From: Alphaproteobacteria bacterium
GTDB lineage: Bacteria > Pseudomonadota > Alphaproteobacteria > Bin95
Length of the DNA stretch: 64,000 nucleotides
Assembly: GCA_965205265.1 (NCBI GenBank)
Contig: CBDBGH010000003.1
Location: 2,336,001-2,400,000, forward strand
Direction: 5' to 3'
In this document: in pieces, positions 19,374 through 31,958 of the stretch
How positions within the stretch are numbered: the stretch's first letter is position 1
How the letters are laid out: the number at the start of each line of letters is the position of its first letter
Notes under the pieces: model-generated
What the model was told of the DNA's origin: nothing
Seen by the model: only the letters and a program-made list of their open reading frames with translations
Database searches by the model: none
Position numbers and translations under genes: made by a program

Positions 19374-20013
19374 ATGAACACCATCATCGACACCATCGAG
19401 AGCACCGCGCACTCCGTCACCGCAACCGTCTGCGAAAACGCGGCGCTCTACGGCGCCACCCCCGAGCGCGACGAGTTCGATACCCGCGCCATCTGGGACC
19501 AGGACGGCGCCATCGATGCCGTCGCCGACGCCTTCCGCGTCATCGCCAACGACGTCTGCCCCGACGGCACACAGCTCGCCGACGAACGCGAGAGCCTGCT
19601 CTGGGGCTTCGTCAACATGCTCCACGCCCAGACACAGCGCATCGAGCGCTCCGCCGACAGGCTCACCCCCGAACTCCGCGACCTCCAGCGCGAACAGGAC
19701 GGCTCCGAGATCAAGTCCCGCGAACTCGAACTCGTCACCGACCGCGCACAGAACCTCGGAGACCGCCGCGACGCCTTCGAGACCCTGCGCGACGCCGCCG
19801 CCGACGCCTACCGCGACGCCACCGGCGAGGTCTGGCGCCCCCGGCGCGGCAGCCACATCTCCGAAACCGGCAGGCTGACCTCCGCCAGCATCGACGCCCG
19901 CGACTTCCTCCGCGCCCGCAAGGACCGCAAGACCGCCGCCCACCTGCCGCAGGGCACCCTCGTCGCCATCGCCGGCGGCAGGGACATCGCCGACCCGGCC
20001 GCCGTCATCGCAC
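19374..20013 (+). pseudogene. DUF2493-type plasmid backbone protein, truncated by IS21
   Basis: AAGGAG RBS; LLWGFVN, G..WRPR.GS, T.A.IDARDFL, VAIAGG motifs; frame runs into the IS end. Confidence 0.75.
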
Positions 20014-20067
20014 TGCGGCGCGACAATCAGCTTGAGACGCTGGCGACAATCAGGATGAGACGGGGGA

Positions 20068-20126
20068 AGGCGGCGGCCCGGAACGGAGGGAGGGCGTAGC
20101 CCGACCGGAGTTCCGGGCCGCCGCCT
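20068..20126. promoter_or_regulatory. Conserved stem-loop near the IS21 left end
   Basis: Perfect 17-bp stem AGGCGGCGGCCCGGAAC/GTTCCGGGCCGCCGCCT around GGAGGGAGGGCGTAGCCCGACCGGA. Confidence 0.7.
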
Positions 20127-20195
20127 CAAAAAATTTTTCCTGGACCTTCTGGCGGGGTCGGTCGGCTGGGCGAACGGTGACGTTTTTCCGAGTAG

Positions 20196-22543
<2,348 letters not shown>

Positions 22544-22804
22544 ACCGCTGCCGCCAGATCGGCCCAGCGGCCACAACACTCACGGCCCGCGGGAATCGCC
22601 TCCGCGGGCCGTCTCTTCTCCGACCCGACGGCCCCCCCGCGACAATCAAAACGCTCTCCGAAAACCTTGTTTGTCGCGCCGCGACAATCAAAATCCGAAA
22701 CCGCTTGCAATCCGCGCCCCGCGCGACAATCATCAACTCGCCGATGCCGCCGGGGAATCTCATCCTGATTGACGCGCGGCTCTCACCCAGATTGTCGCGC
22801 TATA

Positions 22805-23685
22805 GTTTCGGGGCGGGTTGAAGGGGGCGGCCCATTCTCGAGCCGGTTGAGGCTGTCGGCCTGGCGGCGTTCGATGTTTTCCGGCGACCAGGGGTCGTGG
22901 ATCTCGGCATAGCCGTTGCGGCGCTGGTAGAGCCAGTCGGTTTCCGCGCCCTCGGCGCGTTCCTCCTCGCCCGGGCGGTCGCCGTCGGCCCACTCGCCGG
23001 GGAACCGCTCGGGGTCGTAGGTGTCTTCGGGCGGGTCGTCAGCGAGGGGAAGGTCGTTGGCCGGAGGCGGCGGCGGGTCGAAGCAGACGGGCAGGCTCTC
23101 GCGCTCCTCGACGGCCGCCGTGAGCCTTGCGGCAAGCTGCGCATGGGCGGCCCCGTCGAAGCCTTCCCCTGCCTCCATCGCCTCCCTGTTCCCGCAATGG
23201 CGGGCAAGGGCGCGTTCGGCGCGGGCACGGCCGTGGCGCACGGCCTCGGCGAGGGGTCCCGGCACGGTGCCGGCCTCCTGCGCCTCGCCGGCCTCGATCT
23301 CCCCGAACTCGTCCTCCTCCGGCATCGCCCAGAGCGCCGCCCGGTTGGCCGGCTGCGTCAGCCCCGCAATCTCCGCCTGGAAGCGGACGATCCGGACCAT
23401 CATGTAGGCGGACCCGCTGGCCACCGCCGCATCCCAGGCCTGCTCCAGACGGGCGAGCACGATCTGCGCCTCGTCCCGCTCGGTGCGCCGCCACGACATG
23501 CGGATGCGCCGCACCCGCTCCACGATCCAGGGGCGTTCCAGCAAAGCGGAGCCGGTCTGCCTTGCGGAGCGTTCGGCATAGCCGGCGCGCCTTGCGGCGT
23601 CTGCGGCATTGCCGGAGGCTGTGTAGTGGCGGCAGAAGGCTTCCTGGCGGGAGGAGAGGGAGAGGGTCGGGTCGAGCACGGGCAT
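22805..23685 (-). CDS. Terminase small subunit-like protein with acidic tail; 3' end meets the IS21 terminus
   Basis: LSSRQEAFCRHY..SGNAADAARRAGY.ERSARQTGS.LLERP.I, the Terminase_2-type HTH. Confidence 0.7.
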
Positions 23686-23873
23686 GGGTGCGGCTCCTCG
23701 GTTTCGTCTCATGTTCATCCGGCGCCCCGTCCCGGCATCGGAGCGACCCTTTACCGCGCGTATCCTGCGCGAGCGCCTGTGCGCGGGCGGGCGCACGTTT
23801 CGCGGCGGCGCGGTTCGCGCGCCTGATTGCCCGCGCGCGAGGCAGGCACAGGGCGCACTTCGCCTGTCGGCTG

Positions 23874-24199
23874 AATCGGGGTCGGTCCGCACCGGGCCGG
23901 CGCGGGCGGGACGCGGTCCATGGATGCCGCTTCCCTCGGACCCATCATAGCACATTTTCTGAGAATACAAGTCTTAGAGAGAAATATTACATGAATTTCA
24001 TGAACAATTTATCATGCCAATGGCCTCGACTTCGGACTTATGTCTTCTTCTCGTCATGCCCGGACTTGTTCCACGGCTGTCCGGTTTGGGTTTTGCGGAC
24101 AGGACGCATGGCCTGGATTCAAGCGGGTTTCCAAGGGTCCGGCCGAACCGGGACTCCGATCGACGCCCGGCGCGCCGCCCCTTTTCATCGTCATGCCCT
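23874..24199. repeat. 326-bp direct repeat, left copy (IS1634 target duplication)
   Basis: Repeats at 26116-26441. Confidence 0.93.
23944..23975 (-). promoter_or_regulatory. Candidate extended -10 promoter for the terS-like gene
   Basis: Minus strand TGcTATGAT in an AT-rich patch about 260 bp upstream of the ATG. Confidence 0.3.
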
Positions 24200-26115
24200 C
24201 CTGACTTCGACGGTTGATTCGCATAAGTAGTTGATATTGCCTGGTTCTCATTTCGGCTAGGCACTACATCCGGCATTTCTTCGAGCCGTGCTTCGTCGAC
24301 GGTCAGGCGAGTTGATACGGGGTGATCGTCAGGGGCAGCCCCATGGTTGCGTAAATCTGCTCCGCCGCCGGTGTCGGCTTCGAGGGGATGACGTAGCGGT
24401 TGCCCGATTGCCGACAGCGCAGCAGGGAGCACTGGCGGTGGACGAGGGCGGAGCGGATGACCTCCGGGGACATCCGCCGCTTCTGGATGGCGACGCGGTA
24501 CGCAAGGTGTCGAACGCAGGCGAAGGCCAGGAAGGCGATGGCGATGTGAGCGCGGATCCGGTCCGGGTTCCAGTGCCAGATGGGACGTATCTTCAGGTCG
24601 TGTTTGGTGATCCGGAAGCTCTCCTCGACCTGCCAGAGCCCCTGGTAGTGAGCCATCACTTCGGTGACGCGCGCGTCGCGCAGATTGGTGATGACGCCGG
24701 TGAGCCCGTCCCATCGTGCGGCCTCGGCGATCTTCTCCGGGTTCACCGTGAGCCGTGCGTCGCCCTCGACGGCGATGAAGCGCTTCGCCCCGTGATTGGA
24801 GAGCAGTTCCCTGGGATTGTCGCTGCGGGCCAGCCTGTCGAGCAGGCGTTCCACCTGATGGCGGCGCTCGTGCGCGTCCTTGCGTGCGCGCTGGGGGCAG
24901 AAGACGACGATCAGGCGACGGCCCTTGTACTCCCACTCGCCGACCCGGCGGTCCTGTGAGCCCTCCAGCGGGGCATAGGTCCCGGGGTCGAGAACCTGCC
25001 CCAGCAGCGCGAGCGGCAGCTTGCGCAGCCGCGCGCCGACGACATACTCGCCGCCGATGGCGTCCATGGCGTCGAGGTTGTCGGCGCTCAGCATGCCCCG
25101 GTCGGCCACGCATACCGTGCGCTCCACCTGGTGGCGGCGCTGCATGTCCTGCAGGACCGGGACCATGCTGTGTCCCTCGTAGGTGGCGCCGGGGAAGACC
25201 TCGTAGCTGATCGGCAGCCCTTCGCGCGTCACCATCAGCGCCAGCAGAACCTGCGAGTCCTTGTGTTTGCCGTCCTTGCTGAAGCCGTGCTGGCGAAGCT
25301 CGTCCTCGGCGGCCGTCTCGAAGTAGAGCGTGGTGCAATCGAAGAAGAGGATCGCGACCGGCTCCGGCAGCAGCGACCGGCTCGCCTCGCCGACGCGCGT
25401 GCGCAGTCGCTCGATCACCGTCGCGTCGAGCTGATCCATCATCCGGTAGACCTTCTCGAGCGGAAGACTCACGCCGAAGTCCTCCTCGAGCCGGCGCACG
25501 CTGCCCCGCTTGCTGTCGGGGTTGGCTACCCGCGCCATCACCACATGGAACAGCGCGTCATGGGAGGCCCGGTAGCGCGAGCGCGGCAGCAGCGCGTCGA
25601 GGCCCAGCAGCCGGTAGATCTCGCCATAGACCTCGTGGATGCCTGTGATCAGGCGCTGCTCCTCTTCAAGCTGCTTGAGGTCGACCGGGAGTTCCTCCTT
25701 GCCGTCCCCCCGGCGGCCGACACGGATCGCCTGCTCAGCGATCTTCTCGGGCGCAAACAATGCCGGCTGACGCTCGTCCTCCAGCTTCGCCTTGACGTAC
25801 TCGCCGAGCTGCCTCAGGCGCTCGAGCTCGTCCTCGTCCATGGCCACGCCGACATGGCGGACGATGCGCTGTCGGACCTTGCCGCCGTCGCGCACGGCCT
25901 CGACGATCTGGACCGAGCGTCGCGGGCTGTTGGGGGAGGTCTTGATGCGCACGAACATGGGGGGAGTGTAGCGCGTGGCGGAGGCATTGACAGTCTCAAA
26001 GATTTACTAGGCACTACAACGCAGCTTGACCGCACCGCAACTGCCAACTCATTGGCTTTACTGAAAACTCCAGACGCGAGATCGGTCAGAAGTCAGCCCA
26101 ACCGTCGAAGTCAGG
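24200..26115 (-). mobile_element. IS1634-family element, copy 1 (1916 bp)
   Basis: 17-bp perfect inverted repeat CCTGACTTCGACGGTTG; long flanking direct repeat. Confidence 0.95.
24303..25958 (-). CDS. IS1634-family DDE transposase
   Basis: FFDCTTLYFE, GFSKD, VADRGM, YxxLWQVEESFRITK, IRAHIAIAFLA. Confidence 0.95.
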   Translation of the reverse strand: MFVRIKTSPNSPRRSVQIVEAVRDGGKVRQRIVRHVGVAMDEDELERLRQLGEYVKAKLEDERQPALFAPEKIAEQAIRVGRRGDGKEELPVDLKQLEEEQRLITGIHEVYGEIYRLLGLDALLPRSRYRASHDALFHVVMARVANPDSKRGSVRRLEEDFGVSLPLEKVYRMMDQLDATVIERLRTRVGEASRSLLPEPVAILFFDCTTLYFETAAEDELRQHGFSKDGKHKDSQVLLALMVTREGLPISYEVFPGATYEGHSMVPVLQDMQRRHQVERTVCVADRGMLSADNLDAMDAIGGEYVVGARLRKLPLALLGQVLDPGTYAPLEGSQDRRVGEWEYKGRRLIVVFCPQRARKDAHERRHQVERLLDRLARSDNPRELLSNHGAKRFIAVEGDARLTVNPEKIAEAARWDGLTGVITNLRDARVTEVMAHYQGLWQVEESFRITKHDLKIRPIWHWNPDRIRAHIAIAFLAFACVRHLAYRVAIQKRRMSPEVIRSALVHRQCSLLRCRQSGNRYVIPSKPTPAAEQIYATMGLPLTITPYQLA

Positions 26116-26441
26116 AATCGGGGTCGGTCCGCACCGGGCCGGCGCGGGCGGGACGCGGTCCATGGATGCCGCTTCCCTCGGACCCATCATAGCACATTTT
26201 CTGAGAATACAAGTCTTAGAGAGAAATATTACATGAATTTCATGAACAATTTATCATGCCAATGGCCTCGACTTCGGACTTATGTCTTCTTCTCGTCATG
26301 CCCGGACTTGTTCCACGGCTGTCCGGTTTGGGTTTTGCGGACAGGACGCATGGCCTGGATTCAAGCGGGTTTCCAAGGGTCCGGCCGAACCGGGACTCCG
26401 ATCGACGCCCGGCGCGCCGCCCCTTTTCATCGTCATGCCCT
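26116..26441. repeat. 326-bp direct repeat, right copy
   Basis: Matches 23874-24199. Confidence 0.93.
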
Positions 26442-27123
26442 CATATCGTCATGCCCGGAACAAGTCCATTCCTGTCCGGTTTAGATTTTGTGGACAGGAC
26501 GTATGGCTCGAATTCAACCGGGTTTCGAGGGGTTCGGCGGGATCGGGACCCGGATCGACGCCCGGCGGCCCGGCCCCCAAGTCGTCATGCCCGACCCTCA
26601 CATCGTCATACCCGCCCCATATCGTCATACCCGGACTTGTTCCGGGTATCTCTCTCAAGCGGCTCAGCCGGGCGGCCGTGTGGATACCCGGAACAAGTCC
26701 GGGTATGACGGAGAAGCCTGTCTTGAGCTTGTCGAAGGAGGGCGTTGGGGCCTCACGGGCAAGGGGCGGATCGCAGACGCAGTGCGCTCCCGACACCCCG
26801 TTCGGCTCCCCCCGATGACTAAACCGGACAGCCGTGGAACAAGTCCGGGTATGACGAAAGAGCCTGCCCTGAGCCTGCCGAAGGGGGGCGTTCGAGCCTC
26901 ACGGGCAAGGGGCGGATCGCAGACGCCGCGCGCCCCCGAAACCCCCGGCGGACTCCCGTTCAGCCTCACCCAATGGCTGAACCGGACAGCAATGGAACAA
27001 GTCCGGGCATGACGGACGGTGGCAATCGGGGCGGCGGGTGTCGAAGCCGGAATGGGTTCCGGTCAACGGCCGCTGGTATCACACTGCTTCGTCACCCCGG
27101 CCCCCGCCTTCGCGGGGGAGACG
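26294..27123. repeat. Composite REP-like palindromic repeat array
   Basis: Multiple CGTCAT(G/A)CCCGGACTTGTTCC units and their reverse complements; two CCTG..TGAGC.TG.CGAAGG units; one CCCCCGCCTTCGCGGGGG hairpin. Confidence 0.85.
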
Positions 27124-27213
27124 AAAAGGGCGCGGGGGCAACGAAGGGAGCTTGCGGGATTGCCCGGCCGGGCCGGCGAACGCCCCCGGATACACGCCAG
27201 GCGGCCGGCTGCG

Positions 27214-28410
27214 TCAGCGGACCTCCACCTTCAGCACGAGGGCCGCCGCGCTGTCGCCGGCCGCGCAGCCGGTGAAGAGGCCGTAACCGCCGCCCATGAG
27301 CGCCAGTTCCTCGATCAGCTCCAGAACGAGGCGCATGCCCGTCGGGCCCTGCGGATGGCCGAAGATGAGAGACGAGCCGTAATTGTTCATGCTCCCGGCA
27401 TCGAACCCCGTCGCCTCGGCGAAATAGAGGTCGTTCACCGCGAAGGGATTGTGCGTCTTGACCGCAGCGATCCGGTCGATCCCGAGCCCCGCATCGGCAA
27501 GCGCCGCTTTGGCCGCCGCCACCGGCGCCATGCCCATATAGGCCTTTTCCGCGCGCCCCTCGCCATAGGAGAGGAGCCGGACCGAAACCGCATCGTCGCG
27601 GCCGAGCTCCTTCGCCTGGCCCGCAGTCGTCAGCAGCAGGCCGGCATTGCCGTCGGCCGGATGGGTCTGCGCGGCGGCGGTGACGGTGCCGTTCCCGACG
27701 ACGGGCGCGAGCGCCTGCACCCGCTCTTCGGTGCGCTCGCGTATACCCTCGTCGCCGGAGACGGTCTTCGCCCCGCGCGTCCCGCCCACCGGGACATCGA
27801 CCATGTAGCGGCGCTGGAACGCGCGGTCGTCGGCGAGCGCCATGGCGTATTGCTCCTGCCGGAGGAGGGCCAGATCGTCCTGCGCGCGGCGCGAATATCC
27901 GAACCGCGCCGCAATGTTCTCGGCGGTCCGGATCATGGCGACATCGGCGTGCGGGTCCTCGTTGAAATTGTCCCACACCCAGTGCTCGGTGACACCGCGG
28001 CCGCCGGGCCCCGAGGGGTCGGGATAGTAGAGGGTGGGCCCGTTGGAGATGCGGTCCGCGGCAAGCGCCAGCATGCGCTCGCCGCCGCCGAGCTCCAGGG
28101 CCGAGGCGGCCGAGGCGACGACGCGCGCCGAGGTGGCGCAGGCCTGCGACAAGGTCGGCCCCGTCACGTGCTCCGCGCCGATCAGGCCGCCGATCCAGGG
28201 CGCGCCCCAGAAGCTCTTGTGCTGCGGCACCGTCATGCCGAAATGGATGCCGTCCAGGCTCTCGCGCTCGCAGCCGGCATCGTCGACGAACATGCCGGCG
28301 CAGGAGGCGGCGAGCCGTATCGGGTGCTCGCCGCTCAGGCTGCCCTGCCAGCGGCAGAAAGGCGTGCTCCAGTAGCCGCCGTAAGGGATATGGACCTTCT
28401 CGAACCGCAT
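27214..28410 (-). CDS. Thiolase family protein
   Basis: QACATS catalytic Cys; HNPFA, NNYGSSLIFGHPQG, CAAGD. Confidence 0.92.
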   Translation of the reverse strand: MRFEKVHIPYGGYWSTPFCRWQGSLSGEHPIRLAASCAGMFVDDAGCERESLDGIHFGMTVPQHKSFWGAPWIGGLIGAEHVTGPTLSQACATSARVVASAASALELGGGERMLALAADRISNGPTLYYPDPSGPGGRGVTEHWVWDNFNEDPHADVAMIRTAENIAARFGYSRRAQDDLALLRQEQYAMALADDRAFQRRYMVDVPVGGTRGAKTVSGDEGIRERTEERVQALAPVVGNGTVTAAAQTHPADGNAGLLLTTAGQAKELGRDDAVSVRLLSYGEGRAEKAYMGMAPVAAAKAALADAGLGIDRIAAVKTHNPFAVNDLYFAEATGFDAGSMNNYGSSLIFGHPQGPTGMRLVLELIEELALMGGGYGLFTGCAAGDSAAALVLKVEVR

Positions 28411-28419
28411 CGCCGCACC

Positions 28420-29706
28420 TCAGGGAATGTTGCGCTCCACGAGCTTCGCCTTCATCTCGGTGCGCGGCAGCACGCCGCGCGGCACGAGCTCGACCCTGGC
28501 CTGCACGATGAGCCTGGCGCGAATCGCCTGTTCGATCCGCGCCGCAAGGCCCTCGCCGGCCGCGCTGCCCGCCTCCACCCGGACCCGGAGCGGCGGATCG
28601 ACCTTCGGCCCTTCGCCGTCCACCCGGATCGACATTTCGCCGGTCGCCTCCGGGCGGAACCCGGCGACCACGTCCCTCACCGCCGACGGCCACACATTGA
28701 CGCCGCGCAGAATCAGCATGTCGTCCGTGCGCCCGACGCAGCGAAGCCGCGGCCCGGTGCGACCGCAAGCGCAGGGCCCGGTCTTCACGACGACCCGGTC
28801 GCGGGTGCGGAAGCGCAGCATCGGATTGCACTCGCGGTCGATATGGGTGAAGACCAGCTCGCCCTCGATTTCGGGCCGGTCCGGCGGGATGACGGCGCCC
28901 GTCTCAGGATCGACGATCTCCATGATGAGATAGTCCGGCACCATGAAATGGCACCCGTCCCGCGCTTCGCATTCGGCGCTGTGGATGGTGATGAGGTCTG
29001 CGATTCCGATGGCTTCCGTGCAGCGCGCGCCCCAGCTTTCCTCGATCTGCGCGCGTATTTCGGGAACGCCGCCGCCGGGCTCGGCGCCGACCATGACCCG
29101 CTTTACGCCGAGCGACGCCGGATCGACGCCCATCTCCTCCCGCGCCAGTTCGGCGAGGTAGAGGGCGTAGGAGGGCGTCGTCGCAAGCACGTCCGCCTTC
29201 ATCGACCGGATGGAGGCGATGAGCCTGTCGGAGGCTCCGGTGCCGATGGGCAGCAGGGTTGCGCCGACGGCCTCGACAGCCGCGGCGACCGGCAGGCCGC
29301 CGACGAAGAAACCTATGCTGAGCCCCATCGCGAAGACGCTCTCCGGACGAAGCCCCTGGGCCCAGTAGCTGCGCGCGATGCATTCGGCCCAGCGGCTTGC
29401 GTCATAGGCGGTGAGGCCGATGAAGGAAGGGGTGCCGGTCGTGCCCGAGGAGGCATGGACGCGCACGACATTCCGCATGGGCGCCGCCGCGTGGCTTCCG
29501 AGCGGCGGCTCGCGCCTCTGGCTCTCCCTGAGCTCGGCCTTTTCGGTGAAGGGCAGCCGGGCGAGGTCCGCAAACGAGCGGATGTCGCCGGGCTCCGCGC
29601 CCGCTTCGGCGAGCTTCGCGGCATGGAAGGGCGAGTTCGCCGCCAGATAGCCGAGCTGGCGGGCGAGCTTCGCCTGCTGCATCGCAGCGGTCTCCTCGGC
29701 CGGCAT
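28420..29706 (-). CDS. Phenylacetate-CoA ligase (PaaK-like) family protein
   Basis: LPFTEK, HASSGTTGTP, GELVFT, RFRTRD, GRTDDMLILRGVNV. Confidence 0.9.
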   Translation of the reverse strand: MPAEETAAMQQAKLARQLGYLAANSPFHAAKLAEAGAEPGDIRSFADLARLPFTEKAELRESQRREPPLGSHAAAPMRNVVRVHASSGTTGTPSFIGLTAYDASRWAECIARSYWAQGLRPESVFAMGLSIGFFVGGLPVAAAVEAVGATLLPIGTGASDRLIASIRSMKADVLATTPSYALYLAELAREEMGVDPASLGVKRVMVGAEPGGGVPEIRAQIEESWGARCTEAIGIADLITIHSAECEARDGCHFMVPDYLIMEIVDPETGAVIPPDRPEIEGELVFTHIDRECNPMLRFRTRDRVVVKTGPCACGRTGPRLRCVGRTDDMLILRGVNVWPSAVRDVVAGFRPEATGEMSIRVDGEGPKVDPPLRVRVEAGSAAGEGLAARIEQAIRARLIVQARVELVPRGVLPRTEMKAKLVERNIP

Positions 29707-29881
29707 CGTCTCGACCGCGGCGTTGAAATAGGCGCTCCCGCCTCATGCGCCCGCTCGTTACCGGCGCATTGCCCGCCGGAGAATAGTGAACTCCTCCCGC
29801 CCCGGAAACAGCGCCGCCCCGGGGCGTGGCCACCGGGCGGGCACGGCGATACAAATACCGGCGCGGGAAGGGGGCCGTTCC

Positions 29882-30349
29882 ATGCGGCAGCGATACGGGT
29901 TCGGCGTGCTGGGGCTGCTGGCGGCGGTGTTCATGGCGGCGCCGGCGGCCTTCGCCGGGGACATCGCGTTCGGGCGCGCGGAGGTGCGGATCGGGACGGC
30001 CGCGGGCGTGCGCCTCTTCCATGTCGAGCTTGCCGAGACGCCGGACCAGCGGGCGCGCGGCCTCATGTTCCGCCGCTCGCTGGCGCCGGATGCCGGCATG
30101 CTGTTCCTTTTCCCGGAGCGCGAGCGGCCGACCATGTGGATGGCAAATACCTGGCTGCCGCTCGACATGCTGTTCATCGCCGCGGACGGGCGCATCGTGC
30201 ACCTCTTCCCGAACGCCGTGCCGCGCTCCCGGCTCACCGTCTCCTCGCCGCGCCCGGCGCGCATGGTGCTCGAACTCGCCGGCGGGACGGCGCGCCGCCT
30301 CGGCATCGCGCCCGGCGACCGCCTCTCCTGGCGCCGCGTGGACCGTTAG
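29882..30349 (+). CDS. DUF192 family exported protein
   Basis: Signal peptide; VELA..P..RARGLMFR, GMLF, MWM.NT..PLDMLF, VLEL.GG. Confidence 0.92.
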   Translation: MRQRYGFGVLGLLAAVFMAAPAAFAGDIAFGRAEVRIGTAAGVRLFHVELAETPDQRARGLMFRRSLAPDAGMLFLFPERERPTMWMANTWLPLDMLFIAADGRIVHLFPNAVPRSRLTVSSPRPARMVLELAGGTARRLGIAPGDRLSWRRVDR

Positions 30350-30367
30350 CGCCGAGGCAGTCCCCGC

Positions 30368-31789
30368 CTACGGGAAGAAGACCAGCGTCACCACCAGGAA
30401 GATCGGCACCAGTATGCCGACCGACCAGACCATGTAGCCGAAGAAGCTCGGCATGGGGATGCCGCGCTCCTCGCAGATCGCCCGCACCATGAAATTCGGC
30501 GCATTGCCGATATAGGTGTTGGCGCCCATGAACACCGCGCCCGCCGAAATCGCGAGCAAGGTGCCGTAGAGCGGCCCCATCAGGGTTTCCGCGTCGCCGC
30601 CTGCGGTGTTGAAGAAGACGAGGTAGGTCGGCGCATTGTCGAGGAAGCTCGACAGGATGCCGGTCAGCCAGAAATACATCGCCTCGACCGGCTGGCCGTC
30701 CGCGCCCGTGACCAGCGAAACCACCGGCTCCAGCGCGCCCGAGGTGCCCGCGCGCAATATGGCGATGGCCGGCACGATGGTGAGGAAGATGCCGGCGAAC
30801 AGCTTGCCCACTTCCAGGATCGGGAACCAGGAGAAGCCGTTGGCGTCCCGGTTGGCCCGGTCGGTGACGACCCATGACGCATAGGCGATGGCGAGCAGGG
30901 CCAGGTCGCGGCAGAGGTTCTGAAGCTCCACCGTCACATGGAAGACGTCGAAGGAGACGCCCGGCCGCCACACGCCCGACATCAGCACCGCGGCGACGAC
31001 GCCGGCGAGCAGCAGGAAGTTGACCTTGCCGGTGACGCCGAGGCTCTCGCCGTCGCCTTCGTCCTCCTCCGAAGGGGCGCCCGTCTCGCGCCGGTAGAGG
31101 AAGCTGTCCACGCCGTAATAGAGCACCAGCAACAGGACGGAGACGAGCAGCATCGGCACCAGCATGGCCCCGGTCGGCCAGAAGAAATCGACGCCCTTCA
31201 GGAATCCCAGGAACAGCGGCGGGTCGCCGAGCGGCGTCAGCGAGCCGCCGATATTCGCCACCAGGAAGATGAAGAACACCATGGTGTGGACCTTGTAGCG
31301 CCGCCATTCATTGGCCCGGATGATCGGGCGGATGAGCAGCATCGCCGCGCCCGTGGTGCCCATCCAGCTCGCGAGCACCGTGCCGAGCAGCAGGATGCCG
31401 GTATTGACGACCGGCGTGCCGACCAGCCGGCCGGTGAGCCGGATGCCGCCGGCCACGGTAAAGAGCGAGAGCAGCAGGATGATGAAGGGAATGTATTCGA
31501 GCAGCGCCACATGCAGAATCTCGAACAGGGTGAGCTCCCAGCCGAACACCACGAGAAAGGGCAGCAGGAAGGCAAACGCCCAGAAGGCCGAGACCTTGCC
31601 GAAATGGTGGTGCCAGAAGGTCGGCGCCAGCAACGGGAAGAGCGCGATCGACAACAGGATACCGACGAAGGGCACGCACCAGACGAGCCCGAGCGTGCCG
31701 CCGTCCAGATGCGGCGCGCCCGCGCCGGCGGCCAGCGCCGGCCCCGCGCCGAGCAGCAAGGCCGAAATGGATGCGGCGAGCACGCGCAT
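30368..31789 (-). CDS. Putative sodium:proton antiporter (ion transporter superfamily)
   Basis: Multi-TM; ANIGGSLTPLGDPPLFLGFL, SSFLDNAPTY, YIGNAPNFMV. Confidence 0.88.
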   Translation of the reverse strand: MRVLAASISALLLGAGPALAAGAGAPHLDGGTLGLVWCVPFVGILLSIALFPLLAPTFWHHHFGKVSAFWAFAFLLPFLVVFGWELTLFEILHVALLEYIPFIILLLSLFTVAGGIRLTGRLVGTPVVNTGILLLGTVLASWMGTTGAAMLLIRPIIRANEWRRYKVHTMVFFIFLVANIGGSLTPLGDPPLFLGFLKGVDFFWPTGAMLVPMLLVSVLLLVLYYGVDSFLYRRETGAPSEEDEGDGESLGVTGKVNFLLLAGVVAAVLMSGVWRPGVSFDVFHVTVELQNLCRDLALLAIAYASWVVTDRANRDANGFSWFPILEVGKLFAGIFLTIVPAIAILRAGTSGALEPVVSLVTGADGQPVEAMYFWLTGILSSFLDNAPTYLVFFNTAGGDAETLMGPLYGTLLAISAGAVFMGANTYIGNAPNFMVRAICEERGIPMPSFFGYMVWSVGILVPIFLVVTLVFFP

Positions 31790-31958
31790 GGAACCCTCCC
31801 CGATAGCCCCCCGAAGCCGCCGGGTCCGCCGGCGCGCAGGACGGGCCAATATGCCCCAGCGCCGGCCCCCGGCCAAGACGGCGGGATTTGCGGCTTGCGG
31901 CGGGCGGGTTAGAGTGCGCGCTCCATCTATTCCCGCAGGCGCGGAGGCCGCCCTATCC

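Noticed and set aside
26294-27123. Possible CRISPR array
   Set aside because: Repeats switch orientation, intervening segments are over 100 bp and homologous to each other, and no cas genes are present
29707-29750. Possible frameshifted N-terminus of the PaaK-like ligase (YFNAAVET upstream of the ATG, with an out-of-frame ATG at 29746)
   Set aside because: Cannot distinguish a 1-bp error from a genuine start at 29706 without reads or homologs
27019-30492. 1157-aa plus-strand ORF
   Set aside because: Antisense shadow of the thiolase and CoA-ligase genes, expected in high-GC DNA; similar shadows at 35363-37897 and 40593-43178
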